Shown here: positions 49,337-59,108 of the stretch, one piece after another
How positions within the stretch are numbered: the stretch's first letter is position 1
Layout of the letters: each line of letters begins with the position of its first letter
Origin: a virus
Taxonomy: Duplodnaviria; Caudoviricetes
DNA: 59,794 nucleotides
IMG/VR virus record: IMGVR_UViG_3300013131_004046
Span: 1-59,794 of that record
Direction: 5' to 3' (one strand)
Position numbers and translations under genes: made by a program
Notes under the pieces: generated by a model
What the model was told of the DNA's origin: nothing
The model's input: only the letters and a program-made list of their open reading frames with translations
Databases searched by the model: none

Positions 49337-52123
49337 TTAGAGTTGTACCCAGAAATTATCAGGGTCAAATCTTATTACAACCACATCTGTATTATTATAA
49401 AGGTTATGTCCAATAAGTCTAACATATTGTCCTGAAGCTGTCGGTGCAGTTTCAGTAACATTACCCGTTGTTGGTGAAATGTATAGTGGTAATCCAGGAA
49501 TTGATGTTCCTAATTGGTCATGTTTTATTGTCGATATTTGACCTTCTAAAAGAACCGGTAATACTGTTTGCTCTGCTCCCGTATTATTTAAACATATACC
49601 AAGTAGATTTGTCGAATTAGCGGCAAAGTCAGCGTCCGCTTGTTCCCAAGCCCCATTTCTCATGACTAATAATTCACCAGCATTGACGTTATTACCCCCA
49701 ACTTGTTGATTTGTAAGTATCGTACCATTGTAATATCCTGTCGTCCAATTAGTATCCAATTGAATTCCATTATTTACTGAAGTTACTCCTTCATCATTTA
49801 CATGTCCCCACCCTGATAAACTTCCATCTCCTCCACCATAAAAAGTATTACCCCCTCTCCATGAAAGTTGTGCAGAATTTCCGTTAATCGAAGTAGCTCC
49901 AACTAATGTCAAACCAAAACCATTAAAAGTTAAATTAGTTTCGGATGTAATTCCCCCCGAACCATCAGAAGTCAAAACCTCATTGTCCAACCCACCAACT
50001 GTTGGTGAAACACCGCTAGTCCCATCAGTACCTGATGTTCCTGCCTGTGACATTAACGCCCAATTACTACTAAAAGGAGGTGTTGGTATTCCAGTATTTC
50101 CATTTATCAATGAAACATAAGAACTACCATTAAATTCAACAACATCATTTATGTTGTAAGTTGACATTAGATTCCAAGAACCACTCCAATTGAACGAAAT
50201 ACCACTACTACCTGATGTACCATCCGTTCCACTAGTCCCTGAAGAACCATCTGTACCACTTGTGCCTGAACTACCACTTGTGCCTGACGTTCCGCTAGTT
50301 CCTGAAGTTCCATCTGTTCCACTTGTTCCTGAAGTCCCCGAACTACCACTTGTACCATTTGTTCCTGAGGTTCCGCTTGTTCCCGATGAGCCACTAGTTC
50401 CTGAAGTACCACTGAACCCTGAAGATCCACTTGATCCTGATGTTCCATCGGTACCGCTAGTACCTGAAGTTCCGCTTGAACCTGAACTTCCCGATGTACC
50501 ACTTGATCCTGATGTTCCGTCTGTACCTGAAGTACCACTTGTCCCGTCAGTACCCGATGTTCCCGAAGATCCTGAAGTACCGCTCGACCCTGAACTACCA
50601 CTAGTTCCATCTGTTCCGCTAGTTCCTGAAGATCCACTAGTACCATCTGTACCGCTAGTCCCTGAAGAACCACTAGTACCATCTGTTCCTGATGTACCAC
50701 TTGTACCTGATGTACCATCGGTACCTGAAGTACCGCTAGATCCTGATGTTCCACTTGATCCTGAAGAACCACTAGTACCATCTGTTCCGCTTGTTCCTGA
50801 ACTTCCACTTGATCCTGATGTTCCACTTGTTCCTGAAGTTCCATCTGTTCCGCTAGTTCCTGAACTACCACTTGTGCCTGACGTTCCGCTAGTTCCTGAT
50901 GTTCCTGAACTTCCGCTTGTACCGCTTGATCCTGAAGTTCCATCTGTACCTGAAGTACCGCTTGATCCTGATGAACCGCTCGATCCCGAAGTCCCGTCTG
51001 TTCCGCTAGTTCCTGAACTACCACTTGTGCCTGACGTTCCACTTGTTCCTGATGTTCCTGAACTTCCGCTTGTACCGCTTGATCCTGATGAACCGCTCGA
51101 TCCCGAAGTCCCGTCTGTTCCGCTAGTTCCTGAACTACCACTTGTGCCTGACGTTCCGCTAGTTCCTGATGTTCCTGAACTTCCGCTTGTACCTGAACTT
51201 CCACTTGAGCCAGATGTTCCTGAAGTACCCGAACTTCCACTAGTTCCATCAGTACCTGATGTTCCGCTAGTCCCTGAAGAACCTGAAGTTCCACTCGACC
51301 CTGATGTCCCGTCAGTACCACTTGTCCCTGAGCTACCGCTAGTACCACTTGTGCCTGACGTTCCACTTGTTCCTGATGTTCCTGAACTTCCGCTTGTACC
51401 GCTTGATCCTGAAGAACCTGAAGTTCCATCTGTTCCGCTAGTTCCTGAACTACCACTTGTGCCTGACGTTCCGCTAGTTCCTGAAGTTCCATCTGTACCT
51501 GAAGTACCGCTTGATCCTGATGAACCGCTTGTTCCACTAGTCCCGCTCGATCCCGAAGTCCCGTCTGTTCCACTTGTTCCTGATGAACCACTAGTCCCAT
51601 CCGTTCCACTAGTACCTGAAGAACCTGATGTTCCATCAGTCCCCGAAGTACCATCTATACCACTTGTTCCGTCTGTTCCTGAACTACCATTTGTACCACT
51701 AGTCCCATTGGTACCTGAAGATCCACTCGACCCACTAGTACCCGAAGTTCCGCTTGTTCCCGATGTTCCATTCGTTCCGTTAGTTCCTGATGTTCCATCC
51801 GTCCCGTCTGTTCCTGAAGTCCCACTTGTTCCCGATGTTCCTGTAGAACCGCTCGATCCACTAAAACTTATTTGAGTCCAATCAGTTATTGTGAGTGTCC
51901 ATGGAGGAGCATTTAATTTATAGTAGTCAGTCCCACCACTCACACCAACTAACATTCCTGATCGTCTTCGTAAAGTGGGGATCGAATCCAAATCTGTAAG
52001 AGTATCAACGTTTCTTAACCCATCGATTCCATAGAGAGGGTCAATTACTGGATATTGATCTGTAATTTCCGTTGGTGATATAAAACCAATAACCTCAACT
52101 CCACCTGATAAACTAAAACTCAT
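49337..52123 (-). CDS. Fibre-like protein with about 550 aa of Gly-(Thr/Ser)-(Ser/Asp/Asn) triplet repeat
   Basis: Unique N- and C-terminal domains flank an uninterrupted G-X-Y register; a W....Y..NDVV..NGSSY module follows the repeat. Confidence 0.85.
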   Translation of the reverse strand: MSFSLSGGVEVIGFISPTEITDQYPVIDPLYGIDGLRNVDTLTDLDSIPTLRRRSGMLVGVSGGTDYYKLNAPPWTLTITDWTQISFSGSSGSTGTSGTSGTSGTDGTDGTSGTNGTNGTSGTSGTSGTSGSSGSSGTNGTSGTNGSSGTDGTSGIDGTSGTDGTSGSSGTSGTDGTSGSSGTSGTDGTSGSSGTSGTSGSSGSSGTSGTDGTSGTSGTSGTSGSSGTSGTDGTSGSSGSSGTSGSSGTSGTSGTSGTSGTSGSSGTSGTDGTSGSSGTSGSSGTSGTSGTDGTSGSSGTSGTSGSSGSSGTSGSSGTSGTSGTSGTSGSSGTSGTDGTSGSSGSSGSSGTSGSSGTSGTSGTSGTSGSSGTSGTDGTSGSSGSSGSSGTSGTDGTSGSSGTSGSSGTSGTSGTSGTSGSSGTSGTDGTSGTSGTSGSSGSSGTSGTDGTSGSSGSSGTSGSSGTSGTDGTSGTSGTSGTDGTSGSSGTSGTDGTSGSSGTSGTDGTSGSSGSSGTSGSSGTSGTDGTSGTSGTDGTSGSSGTSGSSGSSGTSGTSGTDGTSGSSGSSGFSGTSGTSGSSGTSGTSGTNGTSGSSGTSGTSGTDGTSGTSGTSGTSGSSGTSGTDGSSGTSGTDGTSGSSGISFNWSGSWNLMSTYNINDVVEFNGSSYVSLINGNTGIPTPPFSSNWALMSQAGTSGTDGTSGVSPTVGGLDNEVLTSDGSGGITSETNLTFNGFGLTLVGATSINGNSAQLSWRGGNTFYGGGDGSLSGWGHVNDEGVTSVNNGIQLDTNWTTGYYNGTILTNQQVGGNNVNAGELLVMRNGAWEQADADFAANSTNLLGICLNNTGAEQTVLPVLLEGQISTIKHDQLGTSIPGLPLYISPTTGNVTETAPTASGQYVRLIGHNLYNNTDVVVIRFDPDNFWVQL
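50201..51862 (-). repeat. 9-bp-period coding repeat (about 184 Gly-X-Y triplets) with higher-order duplications
   Basis: CC every 9 nt on the + strand; 117-bp near-identical unit at 50961 and 51078. Confidence 0.95.
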
Positions 52124-52132
52124 ATTTTATTT

Positions 52133-52987
52133 TTAATTACATAACCAACAGTCAACACTACCTCCAAAACTAAAGAATGTTCGATAAATGTTGTATGTTA
52201 TTGGAAATCCGTTTATATCTATAATTATTAAAGTCCCAATATTATTTGTTGGTATATTTGGACCAGAACAACTCGAATTGCTTTCTTGAAACCCTGTAGG
52301 TTGAGATAAAGATACCGGTATCAAAATATAACCATATCCATTTCCTAAAGGATATGTTACAAAACTATTTGTTGGGTTATTAGTTAATAAAAAGGTCAAA
52401 TTAGAAATTACTTCGCCACTTGTAATTGTTGTTCCTGAAAACTTACTATAATAAATCCCCGAAGGCGCTGGAACGGGTGATGGTGTCGGTGTAATTGTAG
52501 GCGTAACGGTTGGTGTTGGCGTAATTGTAGGTGTGACAGTTGGTGTAACACTTGGTGTGTTTGTATTTGTTGGTGTAACACTTGGTGTGTTTGTATTTGT
52601 TGGTGTAACAGTTGGTGTGTTTGTATTTGTTTGTGTAACAGTTGGTGTGTTTGTATTTGTTTGTGTTGGTGTTATAGAAGGTGTTGGAGTCATCGTAGGG
52701 GTAAGACCTGGAGTTACTGTCATCGTTGGTGTTGGTGTTGGTGTTGGTGTCTGAGTTGGTGTTGGAGAACAAAAAAAAGTAATTAGTTTACTACATCTTA
52801 AATTATCGACCACTTTAATTACAATATCATTTGTATTATCTAAAGGCGGCGGAATAGACAACGTTAATGTTGGAGGAACAGAAATAAAATTGGTAATCAA
52901 ATAACAATAGGTAACCGTTATGTCACAAGCATAAACCTCAAAAGGAGAATTTCCTGATACATAGTTTACAATTATTTGTTTTGACAT
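52133..52987 (-). CDS. Pro/Thr-repeat (mucin-like) protein
   Basis: About 100-aa TP/TNTNTP tract between two globular domains. Confidence 0.8.
   Translation of the reverse strand: MSKQIIVNYVSGNSPFEVYACDITVTYCYLITNFISVPPTLTLSIPPPLDNTNDIVIKVVDNLRCSKLITFFCSPTPTQTPTPTPTPTMTVTPGLTPTMTPTPSITPTQTNTNTPTVTQTNTNTPTVTPTNTNTPSVTPTNTNTPSVTPTVTPTITPTPTVTPTITPTPSPVPAPSGIYYSKFSGTTITSGEVISNLTFLLTNNPTNSFVTYPLGNGYGYILIPVSLSQPTGFQESNSSCSGPNIPTNNIGTLIIIDINGFPITYNIYRTFFSFGGSVDCWLCN
52541..52660. repeat. Tandem repeat, 4 x 30 bp (encodes T(P/Q)TNTNTP(S/T)V)
   Basis: T(G/T)GTGTAACA(C/G)TTGGTGTGTTTGTATTTGT at 52541, 52571, 52601, 52631. Confidence 0.9.
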
Positions 52988-53046
52988 GTCTTTTTTTATA
53001 AATACTTTATTTTACATAACGTTATGATATTTTTTTTTAAAAAATT

Positions 53047-54294
53047 ATGAAAATATTTGTACAAATCGCTTCGTACAGGGACCCCCAACTAATACCCACA
53101 ATTGAAAACATGTTGGAAAATGCGAAAAAACCAAAAAATCTTAGATTTGGTATTGCAAGACAATTCCATCCTGAAGATGGTTTCGATGATTTATCAAAAT
53201 ACTCTAAAGACAAAAGATTCAAAATATTAGATATACTATACTCTGAATCCAAAGGAGTTTGTTGGGCAAGAAATCTTACACAACAACTTTATAACGGGGA
53301 AGAGTATACATTACAAATAGATTCTCACATGAGATTTGAAAAAAATTGGGATGAAGAGATGATTAAAATGATTAAACAACTCCAAAAGAAAGGACATAAA
53401 AAACCATTACTTACTGGATATGTATCATCATTTGATCCTGATAACGATCCCCCCGCTCGTATCAGGGAGCCGTGGAGAATGGTATTCGATAGATTTACAC
53501 CTGAGGGATGTGTATTTTTTTTACCTGAGTCAATACCTGATTGGCAAGAATTAACTGAACCAGTTCCTGCAAGATTTTATTCGGCACATTTTTGTTTTAC
53601 TACTGGAGATTTTTCAAAAGAAGTACAACACGATCCTGAATATTATTTTCATGGAGAAGAGATTTCTATTACCGTAAGGGCATATACTCATGGATATGAT
53701 TTATTTCATCCCCACAAAGTTTTAGTTTGGCATGAATACACTAGAAAAGGAAGAACTAAACAATGGGATGATGATAAAAAATGGTTTATAAAAAATAATA
53801 ACTCACATTCTAAAAACAGAAAACTTTTGGGTATTGATGGCGAATCTTTTGAAATTGAATTAGATAAGTATGGATTTGGGTCTGAAAGAACAAAAAGGGA
53901 TTATGAAAAATATGCGGGAATTTTATTTTCAAATAGATCGGTTCAAAAACATACTTTAGACAAAAACTACCCTCCAAACCCGTATAACTTTAAAAATGAA
54001 GAAGAATGGGAAAATAGTTTTTCAAGAATATTCAAACACTGTATTGATGTTTCTTTCAATGATGTTCCTGAGACAGATTATGATTTTTGGGTTGTGGCAT
54101 TTCATGATGAAAAAGATGAAACAATTTACAGACAAGATGCGGACGTTCATGAAATTTTAAGAATGAAAAATGATCCTGATGGTTATTGTAAAGTATGGAG
54201 GGAGTTCAACATAACAACAAAACCAAAATATTGGGTTGTTTGGCCACATAGTATCTCTAAAGGATGGGGAGATAGATTAACAGGAAACTTATAA
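53047..54294 (+). CDS. Gnt1-type (Skp1-hydroxyproline/polypeptide) GlcNAc transferase homologue (GT60-like)
   Basis: IFVQIASYRDP, GVCWAR, LQIDSHMRF..NWD, F.GEEI....RAYTHGYD. Confidence 0.8.
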   Translation: MKIFVQIASYRDPQLIPTIENMLENAKKPKNLRFGIARQFHPEDGFDDLSKYSKDKRFKILDILYSESKGVCWARNLTQQLYNGEEYTLQIDSHMRFEKNWDEEMIKMIKQLQKKGHKKPLLTGYVSSFDPDNDPPARIREPWRMVFDRFTPEGCVFFLPESIPDWQELTEPVPARFYSAHFCFTTGDFSKEVQHDPEYYFHGEEISITVRAYTHGYDLFHPHKVLVWHEYTRKGRTKQWDDDKKWFIKNNNSHSKNRKLLGIDGESFEIELDKYGFGSERTKRDYEKYAGILFSNRSVQKHTLDKNYPPNPYNFKNEEEWENSFSRIFKHCIDVSFNDVPETDYDFWVVAFHDEKDETIYRQDADVHEILRMKNDPDGYCKVWREFNITTKPKYWVVWPHSISKGWGDRLTGNL

Positions 54295-54299
54295 CTAAA

Positions 54300-55136
54300 A
54301 TGAAAATTGTAACTTCTATTTATGAACTGAAGTATGTGAATGAAAGATCAGGACAAACATACAAATCACTTCCACTTCTTACTAAAACAATTAATAATAT
54401 TATTTTTGATGAGTTTGAGTATGTCATTTACACCGATGAAAAAACCTATTCAAAGTATAATCTAGGTGAAATATACAATAGACCAAATATCAAAATAAAA
54501 AAAGAAGAATTAAATTCTGAGTTTTACACGAAAAGTATAGACCCAATTAGAAAAAACATGTTACTCAATAATGAACTTTATGATAGGATATACACTGTTC
54601 ACAATTACATGGAAGTAATTTTCAACAAATTGAAATTTTTGATTAACGAATCGGAACCTAATAAAAATGTCGTGTGGATTGATTCGGGATTGTTTGGTAC
54701 AAGTTGTCATGATAATTGGAGGGACTATATGTGTAATATTTGCCATACACCTGTTTTTTTAGAAAAAATAAATGAAAAAATTAACTCGAACGGATTTATA
54801 TGTTTAAAGGGAAATGAAATTCAAATAAATTACATGTTGAAAGAAAGGATTAAAATTTTGTTTGGTAAAGAAATCAAAATTGTACCTGGTGGCATCTTTG
54901 GTGGTAACTACGAAATGATAAATAAAATTTTGAAGGATTATAAAAATGTATTAGATTTATTTACACAAAACTATAATGACATCATCAGCGAACAAGAAGT
55001 TTTATCAATTTTAACATCAAATCATTCTGTTAAATTCTTTGAATTCGATGATTGGTTGGATTTACAAAAGGGAATTTTAGAAATTATGGATTTAATAAAC
55101 ATAAACTACAGAACAGATATATGTTATGGAAAATAA
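54300..55136 (+). CDS. HtrL/YibB (WlaTC)-like glycosyltransferase
   Basis: KIVT, K..FL, WIDSG, GGIFGG, SEQ. Confidence 0.65.
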   Translation: MKIVTSIYELKYVNERSGQTYKSLPLLTKTINNIIFDEFEYVIYTDEKTYSKYNLGEIYNRPNIKIKKEELNSEFYTKSIDPIRKNMLLNNELYDRIYTVHNYMEVIFNKLKFLINESEPNKNVVWIDSGLFGTSCHDNWRDYMCNICHTPVFLEKINEKINSNGFICLKGNEIQINYMLKERIKILFGKEIKIVPGGIFGGNYEMINKILKDYKNVLDLFTQNYNDIISEQEVLSILTSNHSVKFFEFDDWLDLQKGILEIMDLININYRTDICYGK

Positions 55137-55839
55137 TTTTGCGTTTGCAACATTCTGTTTTGGTGATCGATATACATCTCAAACTAACCGTTTAATAGAT
55201 AGCTTATCCTTTGTTGACAATAAACATTTATTATTTGTTATTACTGATGACGTTAATAAAATAAAAAAATTACCTTGGGTCAAAGTTAAAAATATAAAAG
55301 AATTTAACGAAAAATATTCTTCGTATGAAAAAAATTATTATGATTTTGATTTTTCAGTAAAAAGATATTCTTTGAGGTTTGCATTAGAAAATGGTTACAC
55401 AAAAGTTGTTCTAATGGACACTGATGTAGTTGCTGGTACAAGGTTCACCGATAAAAATGTTGAGGATTCTTTTTTAAACAATACAATTGTTGGTCCTGTA
55501 ATTTATAATTTTGAAAATGAATTAAGTTTTGGATCAGAGTTAGGAAAACGTTTTTTATATTACGAGAAAAAATTTAATGTATCTTTTGAAAAAAGTGGTC
55601 TTTGGATGCCTGAAGATTGCATCCAATACATCAATATTGATAAAAAAACTTTTGAAAATTTTTTAAATGTGTGGGACAAGTGTATAGAAATAAAATATGA
55701 AGATGGTTTGTTAAACGTTCCTGCAGGAAACATTGATGAAATGTCATTTTCAGCCCTTTTAAATGGAGTATCTCTGAGTAACAATTTTGATAAAAGTTTA
55801 AATGTTTTTACACCTCAACACGAAATTTGGTACAGATGA
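55126..55839 (+). CDS. GT-A-like protein
   Basis: VITD, F..KR, LMDTDV (DxD). Confidence 0.6.
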   Translation: MENNFAFATFCFGDRYTSQTNRLIDSLSFVDNKHLLFVITDDVNKIKKLPWVKVKNIKEFNEKYSSYEKNYYDFDFSVKRYSLRFALENGYTKVVLMDTDVVAGTRFTDKNVEDSFLNNTIVGPVIYNFENELSFGSELGKRFLYYEKKFNVSFEKSGLWMPEDCIQYINIDKKTFENFLNVWDKCIEIKYEDGLLNVPAGNIDEMSFSALLNGVSLSNNFDKSLNVFTPQHEIWYR

Positions 55840-57479
55840 GTTTAACTTTAGTTACTGGTTTATGGGACATTGGTCGAGAAAATTTAAAAGAAGGTTGGTC
55901 AAGATCATTCAATCATTACTTAGAAAAATTTGACCAATTACTTCAAGTTGATTGTAACATGATAATTTTTGGTGATGAAAACTTAAGTAAGTATGTTTTT
56001 GAGAGACGTAACGAATCAAACACCCAATTTATTTTAAGGGATTTAACTTGGTTCAAAGAAAACGAATTTTATGATAAAATACAACAAATAAGAAAAGATC
56101 CTAAATGGTATAACCTTTCTGGTTGGTTGAAGGATTCCACTCAAGCAACCTTGGAGATGTATAATCCTTTAGTGATGTCAAAAATGTTTCTACTTCATGA
56201 CGCTAAAATATTAGACAAATTTAATTCAGAAAAAATTTTTTGGATAGATGCTGGAATCACTAACACTGTACATCCTGGATATTTTACTCATGACAAAATA
56301 TTAGATAAAATAAATTCTTTCTACAATAAATTTTTATTTGTGTGTTTTCCTTATGATGCTGAAACTGAAATACATGGATTCGATTACCCAAAACTTAATG
56401 GTTATGCAAAAACTATTGTTAAAATGGTCGCTAGAGGTGGTTTTTTTGGTGGGGCCAAAGAAACAATATCAACGGTAAATTCTTTATATTATGATTTAAT
56501 GTCAAATACATTAAAAAATGGTTTGATGGGAACCGAAGAAAGTTTGTTTTCAATATTATTGTATAAACACCCGTCTCTATTTGATATTGAGATGATAGAA
56601 CAAAACGGTTTAATGTATAAATTTTTTGAAGATTTAAAAAATAAAAAAAAGAAAGAGGTAAATCATTCAGAAGGAGTTGGTTTATATGTAATAACATATA
56701 ATAGCCCAAACCAATTTGAGACCTTGATTAAAAGTATATTAGAGTATGATAGTAGTTTGATCACCTCAACAAGAAAATATTTATTAAACAATTCCACAGA
56801 TCACACAACTACTCAAAAATATTTAGAATTGTGTGACAAATATGGGTTCGAACACATCAAAAAAGATAATATAGGAATTATGGGGGGTCGAATATTTGTT
56901 GCAGAACATTTTGATCAAACTGATTTAGGTTACTATTACTTTTTTGAGGACGATATGTTTTTTGTAGGTAAAAAAGACGAAGATATTTGTAGAAGCGGGT
57001 TTAAAAGGACCGTTCAAAATTTGAACAACAAATTACAATCTTTAATAAAAAAAGAAAAATTTGATTTTATTAAATTAAACTTCACTGAATTTTATGGTAC
57101 ACACGAGAAACAATGGGCTTGGTATAACGTTCCTCAAAGTTTTAGAGAATCTCATTGGCCAAACAATAAAAATTTACCACATGATGGCATTGACCCGAAC
57201 TCCCCAAATTTGAAATTTGAAAATATAAAAATCCACATGGGACTTCCGTATGCATCGGGAGAGATATACCTTTCAAATTGGCCAATATTGATGTCTAAAG
57301 AGGGTAATTACAAATGTTACTTAAAAACAAAATTTGCCCACCCTTTTGAGCAAACATTAATGAGTCAATGTTATCAAGAAACGATAAAGGGACACATAAG
57401 ACCTGCAGTATTATTAATTTCACCAACCGAACACAACAGATTTGATTTTTATCCTGATCAAGATAGAAAAGAATGTTAA
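55836..57479 (+). CDS. HtrL/YibB-like glycosyltransferase fused to a GT-A domain (start MSLTLVT)
   Basis: TLVTGLWDIGR, YNPLVMSK, FWIDAG, GGFFGG, GTEE; second domain ITYNSP, FFEDD. Confidence 0.75.
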   Translation: MSLTLVTGLWDIGRENLKEGWSRSFNHYLEKFDQLLQVDCNMIIFGDENLSKYVFERRNESNTQFILRDLTWFKENEFYDKIQQIRKDPKWYNLSGWLKDSTQATLEMYNPLVMSKMFLLHDAKILDKFNSEKIFWIDAGITNTVHPGYFTHDKILDKINSFYNKFLFVCFPYDAETEIHGFDYPKLNGYAKTIVKMVARGGFFGGAKETISTVNSLYYDLMSNTLKNGLMGTEESLFSILLYKHPSLFDIEMIEQNGLMYKFFEDLKNKKKKEVNHSEGVGLYVITYNSPNQFETLIKSILEYDSSLITSTRKYLLNNSTDHTTTQKYLELCDKYGFEHIKKDNIGIMGGRIFVAEHFDQTDLGYYYFFEDDMFFVGKKDEDICRSGFKRTVQNLNNKLQSLIKKEKFDFIKLNFTEFYGTHEKQWAWYNVPQSFRESHWPNNKNLPHDGIDPNSPNLKFENIKIHMGLPYASGEIYLSNWPILMSKEGNYKCYLKTKFAHPFEQTLMSQCYQETIKGHIRPAVLLISPTEHNRFDFYPDQDRKEC

Positions 57480-57506
57480 TTGTAATATTTATTTTAAAAA
57501 CAGTTA

Positions 57507-58823
57507 ATGGAATTTTTTATTAAGAAGAATGCCACTTTGCCTCTTTTAAAAATGCAAGTTGTAAAAGACGGAAGAAGTGACTACAACAACATGATGGAAT
57601 TCATCGAAGAATCTGCGGTGTTCTTTTCGATGGTGAATGTAGATAATGGCATTCCAAAAATAACCACAAGACCAGCGGGGTTTGTAGAAAAAATTCAATT
57701 GGACCCAAATGCCAGCCCTGAATATTATGTTTACTATCAATTTAAACCACAAGACACAAATAAAGTAGGTAAGTATGAAGGACAATTTCTTTTTAGAAAT
57801 GAACAAGGTACTTTAGTTTTACCAATAAGAGATAAATTATTTATAAACGTACAGGAAAGTTTTATTGCGGATGACTTACCATATGAAAGTTGTTATGTAA
57901 TTGATTTTCCATGTTGTGTTGCTCCTCCACCGATACCGCCACCAGTTACTACAACCACAACCTTATCACCGCCATTACCTGTTGTTGATTTAAGTTTATT
58001 GGTCGATATTAATCTTGGATCTATAATAGTTAATTATTTTCTTTTTGCGTCTGAACCATTATTTGAGGACTATGATGTTTCTTTTGATACAACAATGTTC
58101 ACTTATACAGGTAGTCCAATATTTTTTAGTACGGGTATAACAATAAATGCGGGTACTATTAGTGGTGTTACAGAAGTAAATATTGACTCTGATTTTAATA
58201 ACCTAACAAGAGAATTTGAATTTTCTAATTTTACAGTAACAACAACTGGAATTACTTTTGACTTTAACATAACAACAGAAGTAATAATACCAACACCAAC
58301 ACCTACCCCTTCAGTCACGCCAACAATGACTCCTACTGTGACTCCTACTGTGACACCTACTGTGACACCTACAAATACTCAAACACCAACACCAACGGTA
58401 ACACCTACAAATACTCAAACACCAACACCATCTATTTCTCAAACACCAACACCGACCCCAACTCATACACCAACCCCAACTCCTACACCAGCGTCAGAAA
58501 TTACCCTAAGCGTTGATGCAAATGTAAAACCAGGGTCTGCAATATGTGATTTTAACATTACTTCAAATTATTCTGTTGGGTATAACTACAGTTTACCTGT
58601 AATGGTAATTGCAAACCTTATATCGGGAGGAACAACTTCTTTCGATGGTAATTTGACAATCTTGGCAGGGGAACTTACAGGATTTACACAAATAGTCAAA
58701 GAAGATATAAATTACAATGATCTTTCTTTAGAAGGTGAATTGTTTGTTGGAATGGTTGAACCTCCAATTGGGGAGTATGTAGTTTTGGGTAATGTTTCTT
58801 TTGACCCCTACCCATCACCATAA
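57507..58823 (+). CDS. Putative structural protein (BppU-N-like Ig domain + Pro/Thr tracts)
   Basis: [11 protein letters not shown]...Y.F...DT...G.YEGQF; PPPVTTTTT and a long (PT)n tract. Confidence 0.7.
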   Translation: MEFFIKKNATLPLLKMQVVKDGRSDYNNMMEFIEESAVFFSMVNVDNGIPKITTRPAGFVEKIQLDPNASPEYYVYYQFKPQDTNKVGKYEGQFLFRNEQGTLVLPIRDKLFINVQESFIADDLPYESCYVIDFPCCVAPPPIPPPVTTTTTLSPPLPVVDLSLLVDINLGSIIVNYFLFASEPLFEDYDVSFDTTMFTYTGSPIFFSTGITINAGTISGVTEVNIDSDFNNLTREFEFSNFTVTTTGITFDFNITTEVIIPTPTPTPSVTPTMTPTVTPTVTPTVTPTNTQTPTPTVTPTNTQTPTPSISQTPTPTPTHTPTPTPTPASEITLSVDANVKPGSAICDFNITSNYSVGYNYSLPVMVIANLISGGTTSFDGNLTILAGELTGFTQIVKEDINYNDLSLEGELFVGMVEPPIGEYVVLGNVSFDPYPSP

Positions 58824-58936
58824 TTAACAAATCCTTTAATTGTTGGTATTGACACTTATTTGAACATAGGTGATGACGAATACTTACAATATAATGACCC
58901 AATATAAATTAATAAGATATTTATAAAACAAAAAAT

Positions 58937-59108
58937 ATGGCACTTACAGGAAAAACAATTGGTCTCAATTTTCTCGACTGATTTTAGTAGTGCTACACAT
59001 GTTTATGGGGATTATAATTGCACTTTATTTAAAAACTCAATACCTTCATCAAGATTGTCTTACTATGATGGAACTGACACTTTAACGATTGTTAATATTA
59101 CTTCTTAA
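58937..59108 (+). pseudogene. Gene remnant: N-terminus MALTGKTIG joined out of frame to a C-terminal fragment (DFSSATHVYGDYNCTLFKNS..SRLSYYDG...)
   Basis: Good leader and TATTTAT at 58918; the first frame stops after 14 codons and a protein-like second frame runs to TAA at 59108. Confidence 0.5.

Noticed and set aside
50190-51875. 561-aa + strand ORF (PLVPEV...) and 495-aa alternate-frame - strand ORF
   Set aside because: Shadow frames of the 9-bp G-X-Y repeat; only the 928-aa frame has unique flanking domains and a proper start context
52541-52660. 30-bp repeats as a CRISPR array
   Set aside because: Head-to-tail units without spacers, in frame within a Thr/Pro-rich CDS, and no cas genes
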